From NCBI RefSeq assembly GCF_009914755.1, contig NC_060933.1: a DNA stretch of 64,000 bases; one strand, given 5' to 3'. The DNA comes from the human T2T-CHM13v2.0 reference genome, Homo sapiens. Positions 26,501 through 39,645 of this stretch are shown here, piece after piece; position 1 is the first letter of the stretch; each line of letters opens with the position of its first letter. Under the pieces are notes generated by a model. That model ran no database searches and was not told the DNA's origin. It was given only the letters and a program-made list of their open reading frames with translations. The position numbers and the translations under genes are program-made.

Positions 26501-26511
26501 GCCCAGCACAT

Positions 26512-27395
26512 CAGAGCCCCCCAGTTCCCTCTCACAGAGCCCCCAGTCCCTCCCCACAGAGCCCCCAGTCCCTCCCCACAGAGCCCCCCAGTCCCTCCCC
26601 ACAGAGCCCCCCAGTCCCTCCCCACAGAGCCCCCGAGTCCGTCCCCACAGAGCCCCCCAGTCCCTCCCCACAGAGCCCCCCAGTCCCTCCCCACAGAGCC
26701 CCCAAGTCCCTCCCCACAGAGCCCCCCAGTCCCTCCCCAGAGCCCCTCAGTCCCTCCCCACAGAGCCCCCCAGTCCCTCCCCACAGAGCCCCCCAGTCCC
26801 TCCCCACAGAGCCCCCGAGTCCGTCCCCACAGAGCCCCCCCAGTCCCTCCCCACAGAGCCCCCCAGTCCCTCCCCAGAGCCCCCCAGTCCCTCCCCACAG
26901 AGCCCCCCAGTCCCTCCCCACAGAGCCCCCGAGTCCCTCCCCACAGAGCCCCCAGTCCCTCCCCACAGAGCCCCCGAGTCCCTCCCCACAGAGCCGAGTC
27001 CGTCCCCACAGAGCCCCCACTCCCTCCCCACAGAGCCCCCAAGTCCGTCCCCACAGGCCCCCAGTCCCTCCCCACAGAGCCCCCCAGTCCCCCCCCCACA
27101 GAGCCCCCAGTCCCTCCCCACAGAGCCCCCGAGTCCCTCCCCACAGAGCCCCCGAGTCTGTCCCCACAGGCCCCACTGGACACCAGGCTCCAGTCCCTCC
27201 CCACAGAGCCCCCAGTCCCTCCCCACAGAGCCCCCCAGTCCCTCCTCACAGAGCCCCCGAGTCCCTCCCCACAGAGCCCCCAGTCCCTCCCCACAGAGCC
27301 CCCCAGTCCCTCCCCACAGAGCCCCCAAGTCCGTCCCCACAGAGCCCCCAGTCCCTCCCCACAGAGCCCCCGAGTCCGTCCCCACAGGCCCCACT
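26512..27395. repeat. VNTR B: C-rich ~22-23-bp unit, ~39 copies
   Basis: (CAGTCCCTCCCCACAGAGCCCCC)n with variants. Confidence 0.97.
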
Positions 27396-27777
27396 GGACA
27401 CCAGGCCCCAGACCTCCTTCCAGGAAATTGCAGGAACCACAGCAGGGCAGCCCCACAGACCTGAGGGAACCGCTGCCCCACCCCCGCCCCACAGAGCCCT
27501 GGTGTCTGGGCTGCAGCTGAGGCTGAGGGGCTGAGGACTCGGAGGATGGGATCTCCCGCCCAGCGGGTGCAGCCAGGTGGGAGGGGCCAGGCCCCCAGGG
27601 TTCACAAGGCCCCTTGGGGACCCACCCGAAGCCACCGCTTTGCATTAGGCAGGGCGTGCGGAGAGGGCCCTGTTTAACCGTGCGGGCTCAATCTGGAGTG
27701 TAGACGGCAGGACGCCCCCAGCCCTGGGCCCCTGAGCCTGTGAGTGGGGGGTTCAGAGGTGAGGCCTCTACAGAAGT

Positions 27778-29905
27778 CTCCCTCCCAGGGGCAATGGGTG
27801 CAGGGTAGGCGGGGAGCACTCAGGATCCCTCCCAGGGGCAATGGGTGCAGGGTGGGTGGGGGGGAGCACTCAGGATCCCTCCCAGGGGCAATGGGTGCAG
27901 GGTGGGTGGAGGGGGGAGCACTCAGGATCCCTCCCGGGGCAATGGGTGCAGGGTGGGTGGAGGGGGGAGCACTCAGGATCCCTCCCAGGGGCAATGGGTG
28001 CAGGGTGGGTGGGGGGGAGCACTCAGGATCCCTCCCAGGGGCAATGGGTGCAGGGTGGGAGTGGGTGGAGGGGGGAGCACTCAGGATCCCTCCCGGGGCA
28101 ATGAGTGCAGGGTGGGTGGAGAGGGGAGCACTCAGGATCCCTCCCAGGGGCAATGGGTGCAGGGTGGGTGGAGGGGGGAGCACTCAGGATCCCTCCCAGG
28201 GGCAATGGGTGCAGGGTGGGTGGAGGGGGGAGCACTCAGGATCCCTCCCGGGGCAATGGGTGCAGGGTGGGTGGAGGGGGGAGCACTCAGGATCCCTCCC
28301 AGGGGCAATGGGTGCAGGGTGGGTGGAGGGGGGAGCACTCAGGATCCCTCCCAGGGGCAATGGGTGCAGGGTGGGTGGAGGGGGGAGCACTCAGGATCCC
28401 TCCCAGGGGCAATGGGTGCAGGGTGGGTGGGGGGGATCACTCAGGATCCCTCCCAGGGGCAATGGGTGCAGGGTGGGTCGGGGGGAGCACTCAGGATCCC
28501 TCCCAGGGGCAATGGGTGCAGGGTGGGTGGGGGGGAGCACTCAGGATCCCTCCCAGGGGCAATGGGTGCAGGGTGGGAGTGGGTGGAGGGGGGAGCACTC
28601 AGGATCCCTCCCAGGGGCAATGGGTGCAGGGTGGGTGGAGGGGGGAGCACTCAGGATCCCTCCCAGGGGCAATGGGTGCAGGGTGGGAGTGGGTGGAGGG
28701 GGGAGCACTCAGGATCCCTCCCAGGGGCAATGGGTGCAGGGTGGGTGGAGGGGGGAGCACTCAGGATCCCTCCCAGGGGCAATGGGTGCAGGGTGGGTGG
28801 GGGGGATCACTCAGGATCCCTCCCAGGGGCAATGGGTGCAGGGTGGGTCGGGGGGAGCACTCAGGATCCCTCCCAGGGGCAATGGGTGCAGGGTGGGAGT
28901 GGGTGGAGGGGGGAGCACTCAGGATCCCTCCCAGGGGCAATGGGTGCAGGGTGGGTGGGGGGGAGCACTCAGGATCCCTCCCAGGGGCAATGGGTGCAGG
29001 GTGGGTGGAGGGGGGAGCACTCAGGATCCCTCCCGGGGCAATGAGTGCAGGGTGGGTGGAGGGGGGAGCACTCAGGATCCCTCCCAGGGGCAATGGGTGC
29101 AGGGTGGGTGGGGGGGGGAGCACTCAGGATCCCTCCCAGGGGCAATGGGTGCAGGGTGGGTGGAGGGGGGAGCACTCAGGATCCCTCCCAGGGGCAATGG
29201 GTGCAGGGTGGGTGGGGGGGAGCACTCAGGATCCCTCCCAGGGGCAATGGGTGCAGGGTGGGTGGGGGGGAGCACTCAGGATCCCTCCCAGGGGCAATGG
29301 GTGCAGGGTGGGAGTGGGTGGAGGGGGGAGCACTCAGGATCCCTCCCAGGGGCAATGGGTGCAGGGTGGGTGGGGGGGAGCACTCAGGATCCCTCCCAGG
29401 GGCAATGGGTGCAGGGTGGGAGTGGGTGGAGGGGGGAGCACTCAGGATCCCTCCCAGGGGCAATGGGTGCAGGGTGGGTGGGGGGGAGCACTCAGGATCC
29501 CTCCCAGGGGCAATGGGTGCAGGGTGGGTGGAGGGGGGAGCACTCAGGATCCCTCCCAGGGGCAATGGGTGCAGGGTGGGAGTGGGTGGAGGGGGGAGCA
29601 CTCAGGATCCCTCCCAGGGGCAATGGGTGCAGGGTGGGTGGGGGGGAGCACTCAGGATCCCTCCCAGGGGCAATGGGTGCAGGGTGGGTGGAGGGGGGAT
29701 CACTCAGGATCCCTCCCAGGGGCAATGGGTGCAGGGTGGGAGTGGGTGGAGGGGGGAGCACTCAGGATCCCTCCCGGGGCAATGAGTGCAGGGTGGGTGG
29801 AGAGGGGAGCACTCAGGATCCCTCCTGGGGCAATGGGTGCATGGTGGGTGGGGGGGAGCACTCAGGATCCCTCCCAGGAGCAACGGGTACAGGGTAGGGG
29901 GGCGC
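27778..29905. repeat. VNTR C: G-rich ~50-58-bp unit, ~40 copies
   Basis: (GGATCCCTCCCAGGGGCAATGGGTGCAGGGTGGGTGGAGGGGGGAGCACTCA)n. Confidence 0.97.
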
Positions 29906-31119
29906 ACTGAGGACACTGCTGGGGAGTTTCTCCTCCCAGAATTCCACAGGTCTCGGAGATACACTGAAAGCAACCCCAAAATGCTAGGACCGCCTATAAC
30001 CGCCCTGCACCACCCCTGGGGCAACCAGGCACCCCGATGCTAACACGCACGCATCCTCCCGACAGGGAGAAGTCCCCCAGCTGCCTGCAGACAGGGCCTC
30101 GCTGTCAAGGGCCACTGGCTGGCCTGGTGCCCTGCAGGGGACATGGCGCTTCCCCGTCCCAAGGGCAACTTGGAGAGGACACCATCTGTGTCTCAGAGTG
30201 AGGGGCCAGGTTCCTAGCTCTCTCCTGTCACACGGGCCTGGATCTAGGCCAGGGCATAGCCAGTCACTCTAAGCTGACCCTGAGGGTCCAGGGGGAGAAG
30301 CAGCCTGGAGCCAATCACACAGAGCTCTGTCCAGGGAAGGGAAGGCCCCGGAGCAGGCAGACTGGGCGGGTGGGGGCTGAGATGCCTGCCCGCCCCATGG
30401 ATGTGTCCAAAGCCTCACTGCCCCCCGCTGCCCCAGCCACCGCCGCTCCTTTGGTCTGGAGCTTCCTGCCGCTGACCCTGTCCCAGCCAGCGTGGAAGCT
30501 GCTCCGTGGTGGGCCTCACTTGAAAGCCACAGCAGGTGCACCCAGATGGGGTCCCACAGCACTGACTTTGCACACAGGAGGCCATGAAGGCTGCAGTGAC
30601 TACCCCTAGCTTGTGGCCAAGCCCGTCCATCCTGTGGCCTGGTTCTTAAGGGGCATGCTCCTCCCCTGCCCAGGGGGGCCTGCATCTGCCGTGCCCACCC
30701 ATACCCCAGGGTTCAGCATGTAGTAGATGCTCAATAAAGACCCTCTACTTTGCATTCTTACAGCACCAGGCGTGTGGACGCTCAGTGACCGCGGCCCCAC
30801 TGTGTGCCTCCTGGGGGCTAAGGGATGCTGAACAGCTTGGCGGCTGGCATGAGTGAGGCCCAGGGACAGGTTGTGAGCCTGTCTCGGAGTCCTGAGCAGG
30901 ACAGGGGCCGCGGGCACGCCAGTCCATCCTACAGGTTCACCTGGGAATATGCCAGGACTCCCTCTAGGGGGCTCTGTGGCTGTCGGGTGGCTGCACCGGC
31001 CCAGAGTGAGCGCCATCTCTTCCAGGAAGCCACCCCGGACGCCCTCCCAACACCTGCCTCCTCTGGACTGTCTGGGAGCTGGGATGCTGGGGTCCACCTC
31101 TGGCCAGTCCCTGATGCTT

Positions 31120-31455
31120 CTGGAGACTAAAATGTAGTCCTCAGAAGAATGCAGTTCTAGTCCACGCGTGACATGGATGAACCTTAAACACATCACGCTC
31201 AGTGAAAGAAGCCAGGGGCAAAAGACCACCTATGGCACAATTCCATTCATAGGCAACGTCCAGAAGAGGCGAATTCAGAGACAGAAAGCGGGTTAGTGGT
31301 TGCCAGGGGCTGGGGCAGTCAGGGCAGAGTGACAGTATTTGGGTACAGTTTCTGTTTTGTGCAGTGAGAAAGTCCCGGAACTAGATAGTGGTTGAATGAA
31401 CTTGTGAATGGACTAGATGTCAAGCAACAGCATGCTTTAGTTCAAAAGTCACATT
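31120..31455 (+). mobile_element. L1MB/L1ME-type 3'-end fragment
   Basis: ACATGGATGAACCTT...CAGTGAAAGAAGCCAG...GTGGTTGCCAGGGGCTGGGG. Confidence 0.8.
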
Positions 31456-31457
31456 TT

Positions 31458-31958
<501 letters not shown>

Positions 31959-33205
31959 CAAATTTTGTAATATGAATAAGTCATCACCCAGAATCCCTCC
32001 ATATACATATCCATCCCCAAACCAGTCCTTAGCTCCCTTTGCTCCCAGGGAGCAGGGTGGGGTGGGGCAGGGCCACAAGGAGAACCCAACCAGGCAACTT
32101 TGGAAAAGGGCTTCCCTCCACCCTCCCACCCCTGCAGCCACTGCCCCTTCCCCAGCTGGGGCGACCACCGAGCCCAGCGCAGGCCTCGCCGCAGGGCCCA
32201 CAGCCACCACCACGCCTTCAGCCCGCCCCAGGGTCCCGCTGGCTGTAGTTGGAAGGGGAATCACATACAGATGGGGAAACTGAGGCCCAGGGAGGGGACA
32301 GTGTGGGGAGCACAGCAAATCAGAGCCAGCCCTGCTTCACAGCCCCTCGGAGCTCCGGGCCCCACAGGAGAAAGCGCCAGCGCTGCCTGGGAAACTCGAG
32401 GCCGTCAAACGCAGCCCGGCCCACAGGTGTGATGCCCCAAAGCCAGCCGCTCGTTAAAGCTGCTGGTATTTCCTCCTCAGCCCGGGGAAAGATCCGGAAA
32501 GTTCTGGATATGCCTGCACATGAAGGTGAAAGCTGACGCCAGCCTGCCTCAGATCCCCACGCCCTCGCAGCCACAGCTTTCCCACCTGTGCGCTGGGGAT
32601 GAAAACTGCACTGGCACACCTGGAGGGTGGGCGGCCGTCTGCCAGGGCTTTTACGAGGCTGGGTAACAGCGGCGTCCTGAGTGTGGAGCTGTCATCGCTG
32701 CATTATTGAGGAAGGCAAGCTAGACGCCCAATCGATTCTGCAAAGCCACATCCTTTCACTATTTATAGACGAGACATGAAACAGGAAAGGTCCCCTCCCC
32801 ACAGCAAAAGGGTGCAGTCCCTCGGCCCGGCCTGGAACTGCCCAGTGGGCACCGGTGGCCGCTGCTGCCCATCACAGGTGCAGGGAATGAGGAATGAAGC
32901 CAGTCCCGGCTCCTGTGGGGTCTCCAGTTTGCCGCCCGCATCTGGGGGTCCCCGCACCCAGCTCTGCCCTGTGGAAGCACTTCCCCTGGTGCACTGTCTG
33001 CCCTGCCCTACCCTCTTCCTGCCAGGGTTGCTGTTTTCTTTCTCCCTCTCTCTTTTTCTATTATTATTCTTTTCAATGGAAAACATGTTGGCTGCTGTTC
33101 AGAGGCAGGGCCTGCCCCAAGGAGCCAGCTTCCTTCAGAGCACTCCAGGCTCCCACCCCAGTCTCCGCCCCAGGCCTTCCTGTTCCTGATGTCTCCCCAG
33201 TCTGA

Positions 33206-33503
<298 letters not shown>

Positions 33504-34409
33504 TGCTGCATGTTTTTAAACATGTTTTTCTAACCCTGGCGCCCTTGAAGACCAGGTTCTGCATAAACAGGAGGTCCTGTCACAGGCCTTTCCGCTCAGC
33601 TCAGCATGAGGAGGAGAATCAACCTGTTCCTCCCCTGGCCACGCCCAAGACGAGGCAGGTGACTCAATGGAAAGAGCCAGACCGGGTGACAGGAGCTACC
33701 CCGTCCCTCCCCAGCCTCCCAGGCCGGCTGCAGGGCCAAGTCACTTCCCGCCTGAGCCTCCTTCCTCTTCTTTTAAGGGGAAGCCACGCCCCCAGTCCGC
33801 TTGTAGTCGGGAAATGACGGGGCAGCTCAGGCTGGCTGGGGCTGTGTTTAGGGACATTCGCTTGGGAGAAGGAGAGGGGCAGGGCTAGTAGGAATTCTGC
33901 CACTGCTGTGTGACCCTGGGGCTGATGGCGACTTCTCTGGGTCTCTTCTTCTCACTTATCGGTGCCTGATCCAGACAGCTTTACGGGGCTGCCGGGAGCT
34001 ATGCCAGGCCACCACCGGGCCGGCACACCCCCAACATGTCCCACATGTGAGCTAGGTGCCTCTCTCACGCCTTGCTGGGAAGTGAACTCCACAGGAGCAG
34101 GGGCCATGTCTGCCCTGTCCCCACCGGGGGCCTGGCCTGGAGCAGAACGCAGCACACAGCAGGCGCTCAAACGTGTCTGTGAACTGGAGCCACCCTGGGA
34201 GATGGACTTCCCCGGAGCTGGAGCCATCCTGGGAGATGGACTTCCCCAGAGCCGGCAAGTCCCTCCCCAGGCAGTGCCAGGCCCAGCCCACCAGGCAGCA
34301 CCTTTAGGATTCTCTGAATTCACTCGTCAATCAATTAAACATTCAGGAAGGAGGCTCTGGAAACCAGCACTGTCAGCCAACGGGGAGAAGGCGGGGAAGA
34401 AAGGAGCGC

Positions 34410-34570
34410 TGACCAGGTGCCCTCTCCACACGGTTCTCATGCAATCCTCACACACCACCAAGAGATCCAGCGTGTATCAGCCCGGCTGACATGCTGGGGA
34501 AACTGAGGCTTGCATGACCTGATGACCCAAGGTCACAGAGCTAGTGGCCAGGCCAGGCCTCAGACACGAG
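34410..34570 (+). mobile_element. MIR fragment (similar remnants at ~5950-6120, 23180-23260, 36830-36930, 42960-43010)
   Basis: GGAAACTGAGGC...CCCAAGGTCACAGAGCTAGT MIR core. Confidence 0.65.
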
Positions 34571-36224
34571 GTTGTCCAAAGCTAAAGCGCACCACCCAGC
34601 AGGCAGCTGGACATCCTCCTGGAGGTGCTGGGTGTGACAGCCTACCCCCATTTCTCCCAGCTCCTGGAAGACGCCCCGTGCCATTCTGACTCTGCCGTCA
34701 GCAGCCAACATCTTAGCTGCCCCCTGCCTCAACGCCCAGCCCAGACGCAGGCAGCCCTGGGAGAGCGTTTCAGACCAAGGACGTAGTCTCACCCAGACAG
34801 ATACGGTCCCTGCAGCTCTTCCCAGCTCTCCTCAAAACAAAGAGAAAAAAGGTGGAGCCCTCTTCAGTACCCCTTGCTCACACTGACGGAGCTGATGAGG
34901 GGGCTAGAGAAGAGCCAAGGGCCACAGTGACCCCCTGGGCCTGCTCAGAAGGCCACCATCTCCGACCACAGCCACCACGGCCACACCTCGCACAGCAGCT
35001 GCCCAGAGACCAACCATCCTCCGCCCACCAGCATGTGCTGCCAGGTGCTTTCTACCTGGCCACTGGCTGACCAGGCCACGGCGACACTCTGACCTCCTGG
35101 GAAGGCATTTTGCACCAACAAAACCACTTTTTCCAATCCCGGGCCCTGCAACCACCTGATTGGCAGCTTCCGGTGAAGGTTCCTTCTCTTTGGGATGGAA
35201 AGAAATGATTCACCCAGTACTAGTGAGCCAGGCACTGTGACGCCCATCATGACCATGCCCCTTCTACAGCGGAGGCAGCAAATGGCACCAAAAGCCAAAG
35301 CTCTTTCCGGGGTCACAGCTGGATACCACGGGGCCAGGATTCCCACTCAGGCTGGCAGGGCTCCAAGAGCCTGCACCCCAGACTCTTTCGAGAAACAGTG
35401 TGGGTTTCTCCCCTTGCTGGGGGAGCCAGGCCTCCTGCAGGTGCCCTGGCTAACTCCTGGACAGACCTCCTGGGCCTTCTGAGAAGGATGGGCAGGAACG
35501 GGAAGGCAGAGGCACCTGAGGGGTGTATGTTGGGTGGGGCTCAAGCCCAGGGAGGGAGCCCGGGGCCTTCTCCGAAGCGGCTGCAATGTCCCCCAGACTG
35601 CTGTGTGAGCCCTGACCTGTGCCTCCACAAGCCGGGCTCGGCTGTGGCCCTGGCCTCCAACTCTGCGGCCCAGAAGCAGGAGCCTGAGGACGCGCTTCCG
35701 TCCCATCTTCTCGTTGGACTTGTGGGGTGTGCACAATGGGGTCTCTGTGGGCTGAGCTCGGCTGCCTGTCAGGCCAAACTGAAGCAGGCTTCCCGCCAAG
35801 AAGGAGGGGGCGCCAGGCCCCAGCAAAGGGGACAAGGCCAGGCACCAAAGCCATGGTCGGCGGCCTGCCTTGGGCTGGAAACAGCTCACCGGGATCCCAG
35901 GTTTGGGGAATGGGAAAGTGGGCCCATGACACCAGTGTTTTGCGGCCCTGTGGCAGGGTTTTAACCCAGACACCAGGGAGCTGCAGCAATCTGTACCCCA
36001 AAGCACAGCGCTCTGGCCCAGGGAGACCTCAGTCCCAGACCCCTGTGGGCCAGGCTGTGCCTACTCCCTGGTGCCACTGAGAAGAAGCAACAGGCCCCCA
36101 ATTTTCCCAGCACGGTGTTCCTCCCACCCTCCCAAAGTCCTCTGCAGGAGCAAGAAGCTTCTCCCAGAGCCCCGAATGGGTGAGAGGCAAAGTCCGAGCC
36201 GGGAGCGCAGTGGCGGGGAAGGGG

Positions 36225-36510
36225 GTTATACATTCTGGGAAGCCACGCATAATTAATCACACGGCATTAATCCGCCTCCCCCAACAATAGCTGCTGCACT
36301 TCCCCTGGATCCCAGCTGTCGGTCTCTGAATGAAAGGAAACAAGATTTAGGGCATCAAGCGTCCGTGCGGCTTCTGCAGAGGGAGAAGGGGGCCCCAAAA
36401 AGCAAAAAAAAAAAAAAAAAAAAAAGTAGTGCGCATTCATTAGTGTCTGACAAAGACACAATCGGCTTTGTCCATTAAACTGCTCACAGACCTGCTTAAT
36501 TGGCTTCAGT
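36225..36510. promoter_or_regulatory. Candidate developmental (neural-type) enhancer in intron 2
   Basis: AT-rich island with TTCTGGGAA, TAATTAAT, ATTAAT, AACAAT, ACAAAG/ACAAT/CTTTGT, TTAATTGG. Confidence 0.6.
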
Positions 36511-37073
36511 TTGGGGAGGGTGGGGGCCGGGGAGGGAGGGGGCCTGCTGCCCACAGGCTGGGCAGTCGGCACAGGCAGGAGCCGGGCTGGGGTTGTCAAG
36601 GGAATGGGACCTTCTGCAGTTGGAATGAGGGCGCGCAGACTGGCTGGGGAGCCATTTCTTCATCTGTAGCTCCTGGGGGGCGGAGGGAACTCTTTTTCCA
36701 GACACCAAACACCTCCTCATTATTCTCATCAGGGATGGACTCAAGTTGAAGGGCATCGGCCACAGCAGAACAGTTCCCCACGGCTGATGGGCACTCACAG
36801 GCAGGCAGGAGGGAGCAGTTCCGCACGACTTCCCGGCCCCCTCAGTGCCCATTTTACATCTGAGGCTGGCAGACCAGAAGGGCCACGGGATTTTGAGGTC
36901 AGAGTTTGCAGATGCCAGGACAGAAACCAGACTCAATAATTACCCCACACCCCACGCCAAAACATGAGTTCCACCTTCTCTTCCCCAGCCCCAGCCTGAG
37001 GCCGGGAAGAGGGAGCTGGGGCAAACAGAGAGCCCAAAGGCGGGTCCGATTTTGAAGAGTCAATTTCCTTTGA

Positions 37074-37510
37074 AGAGGCATCACCCACCCGGAGGTGGCA
37101 TCACCTGCCCAGGAAGTATCACCTGTGCCTAGAGGAGGCATCACCCGCCTAGAGGAGGTATCACCACCCAGAGGAGGCATCACCCACCTAGAGGAGGTAT
37201 CACCACCCAGAGGAGGCATCACCCACCCAGGAGGTGGCATCACCCGTGCCCAGAGGAGGCATCACGCACCCAGAGGAGGCATCACCCGCCCAGGAGGTGG
37301 CATCACCTGTGCCCAGAGGAGGCATTGCCGCCAGCCCAGGAGGCATCACGCACCCAGAGGAGGCATCACCCGCCCAGGAGGTGGCATCACCTGTGCCAGA
37401 GGAGGCATCACTACCAGCCCAAGAGGCATCACCACCCACCTAGGAGGCATCACCCCCGAGAGGAGGCATCACCTGTGCCCAGGAGGCATCACCCGCCCAG
37501 AGGAGGCGCC
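37074..37510. repeat. Minisatellite, ~19-21-bp unit, ~21 copies
   Basis: (GGAGGCATCACCCGCCCAGA)n with variants. Confidence 0.93.
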
Positions 37511-37882
37511 CCAAGTTGGCAGGGTGGTGGGGGCTGGGCCTCTCAGTAAATGGTCCAGAGCTTCCCCTGGCAGATCAACTGTTTCTTGGGGACTTAAAGA
37601 AGAATTGGGGTACTGGGACTCCCACTTAGTGACCCCGGAGCCTGAGGTGGCCCACGGAGGAGTGCCCAAGCCCTCAGCAGCCAGACCAGCTCCACACGCA
37701 GCATAATTGCTGGTGATTAAGTAATTGCCAGACTTTGTCCAATAAAAGTCAGCACGTGACCGTGCCCAGACTCTGGGCCATCTCCAGAAGACAATGGCCT
37801 AGTGTTCTGTCCCCTGCGCGGCTGCAGAAGGCAGGGGCTCTGCCCTCGACAAAGCAACAGGTCCCGCAGGGGTGGTACTCAC

Positions 37883-37961
37883 ACGCAGGCCTCCGTGCCA
37901 TTGGCCGCTTCACACTTCCCGCCATTCAGGCAGGTCTCACCGGGCTGGGAGCATCGCGGGC
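37883..37961 (-). CDS. NOTCH1: NOTCH1 exon 2 (EGF1)
   Basis: CTAG|G acceptor; GPRCSQPGETCLNGGKCEAANGTEACV; GTGAGT donor; 79 bp, missed by the ORF track. Confidence 0.98.
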
Positions 37962-38452
37962 CTAGGCAGGGGCAGGAGAAGAGAGGTCAGTCTCACCCGC
38001 ACCACCACCACCGAAGGCCCTGGTTACCCTGGGGGCGGGGACCTGCACCCAGCCAAGGGGCATCGTCCGCCCCCTACCCCGGACGCACTCTGCTCAGTAT
38101 CATGGGTTGCTGGGGCACGGGTCCGCAGGAAGCCCCTCCATGAAACCAAAGGGGCGTCAACATTCTGCCCAGAGTTCTGTAGTCAGAAATGGGGGGAAGG
38201 GGAGCAGCAGGGAACACGTCCTGCTTGAAGCAGGGTGGGGTGGCCTGATGTGCCGCCTGGACGCAGTGGGGGAAAAGCAGAGACAAAGTGGGCTACTCTC
38301 CAAAGCGTTGCCCCCCACCCTGGAGGCTCACTGAGGAGTCTGGCAGGGCAGGGCCCCCCATCCAGCCGCCGAGATTGCCTCTGTTCAAACCCGTTCTGCA
38401 AGGGGGCAGAGCTGGACGGGGGGAGGGGGGGTGGCCACACTCAGCTCCCGCC

Positions 38453-38460
38453 CGTGGGAA
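38453..38460 (+). promoter_or_regulatory. Consensus RBPJ/CSL site in intron 1
   Basis: CGTGGGAA followed by AA. Confidence 0.6.
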
Positions 38461-39584
38461 AATGCGACAGCTGCTCGCCCGCTACCCCGCCCGCCAACAA
38501 AGCGCCGGCCTCCGCCTCAGAATCAGAGCGGCCCATTGTGGAGTCGGGGCCGCCTCCAGGGGCACCGGGACAGCACCCTGGGGACGCGGCCCCGCCTCCG
38601 CCGACACCCAATACCTGCCTCCGCGGGCGCGCATCTCCAGGGCAGCCCCCATACACCCACAGGAGGGGGATGAAGGTCCCCCATTCGGAAGGAATTCGAC
38701 CCCATCTCGAGAAGGGATCAATTACTCAAGCCCCTCCCTCCCCATCTTACCGGGGCTGAGAAACGGGGGAGGGGGGTGTGACACAGAGCCGCACTTTCTG
38801 GAAGAGGACAGATAATTCTCGCCTCCAACTCTCGGAGAAAGAGTGGATTAATCACTCGATTCCCCAGAGACCCCGCTCGCTGTGCGGCGGGGAGAAATGT
38901 AAGAGCCCCCCACCCGCGTCCCGCTCTCCGCCCCCAAGCTTTCCAAACTTCAACTCCGCAAAGCAAAAGGAAAGTTCAGTCCCCCCGGGCGCGGCGGCTT
39001 CTTACGCAACCCCTCCCCCAAACTGAGAGCCGGGCTGGGGGGCACCGGCGGGCGGGGCGACCGGGAGCCCGGGGACCCAGCCCGGCCGCGCGGGTCAGTG
39101 AAGGCGAACGCGGCGCCGCAGAGCCCACACTCCGCGCCCCAACATCCGCCCCGGCGTGGGCCAGAGGCGAAGAAGAAAGAAGATAAATGGCCCGGAGAAG
39201 CAACAGGAAACCAAAACCGACTCTATTCAAATCGAAAAATAGTAGGCAGCCCGCCCGCCCGGCCGACCGGCGGCAAGCCCCACGCGCGGCGGGTGAAGGG
39301 CGGGCCCGGAGTAGGGCCTCCGGGGCCCCAGCACCCCACACCGGCCTCCTAACTCGGCTCCAGGCACGGGCGGCGCGAGTCCGCCTCCACGGGGGGATCG
39401 AGGGGGAAGGTCGGTCCTCCCTGATCCCGGGACTCCAGAACCCCACGCCCCGGGCCGCCCGCTTTTCCCTCTCCATGCTGGCCTCCCCGCCGCCCGCTCC
39501 CAGCCGTGGGGCGCGCGCGCCGGGCGCCGCCAAAGTTTCCAAAGGGCGCGGAAAGTGGGGGCTCGCGGGTGGGTGGGCGCCTAC

Positions 39585-39645
39585 CTCGTGCGGCGAGCGC
39601 GGGCAGCAGCGCCAGGCAGAGCAGGGGCGCCAGGAGCGGCGGCAT
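39585..39645 (-). CDS. NOTCH1: NOTCH1 exon 1 coding part (signal peptide)
   Basis: CAT at 39643-39645; MPPLLAPLLCLALLPALAAR; donor GAG|GTAGG. Confidence 0.99.

Noticed and set aside
27778-29905. CRISPR-like look of the regular repeat array
   Set aside because: No unique spacers, no cas genes, human intron; it is a minisatellite
26407-29910. ORFs of 339-717 aa over VNTRs B and C
   Set aside because: Repeat-derived low-complexity frames open on both strands
39349-39645. Exon-1 read-through peptide (~98 aa) into intron 1
   Set aside because: Canonical donor is present and nothing in the sequence supports a stable retained-intron product
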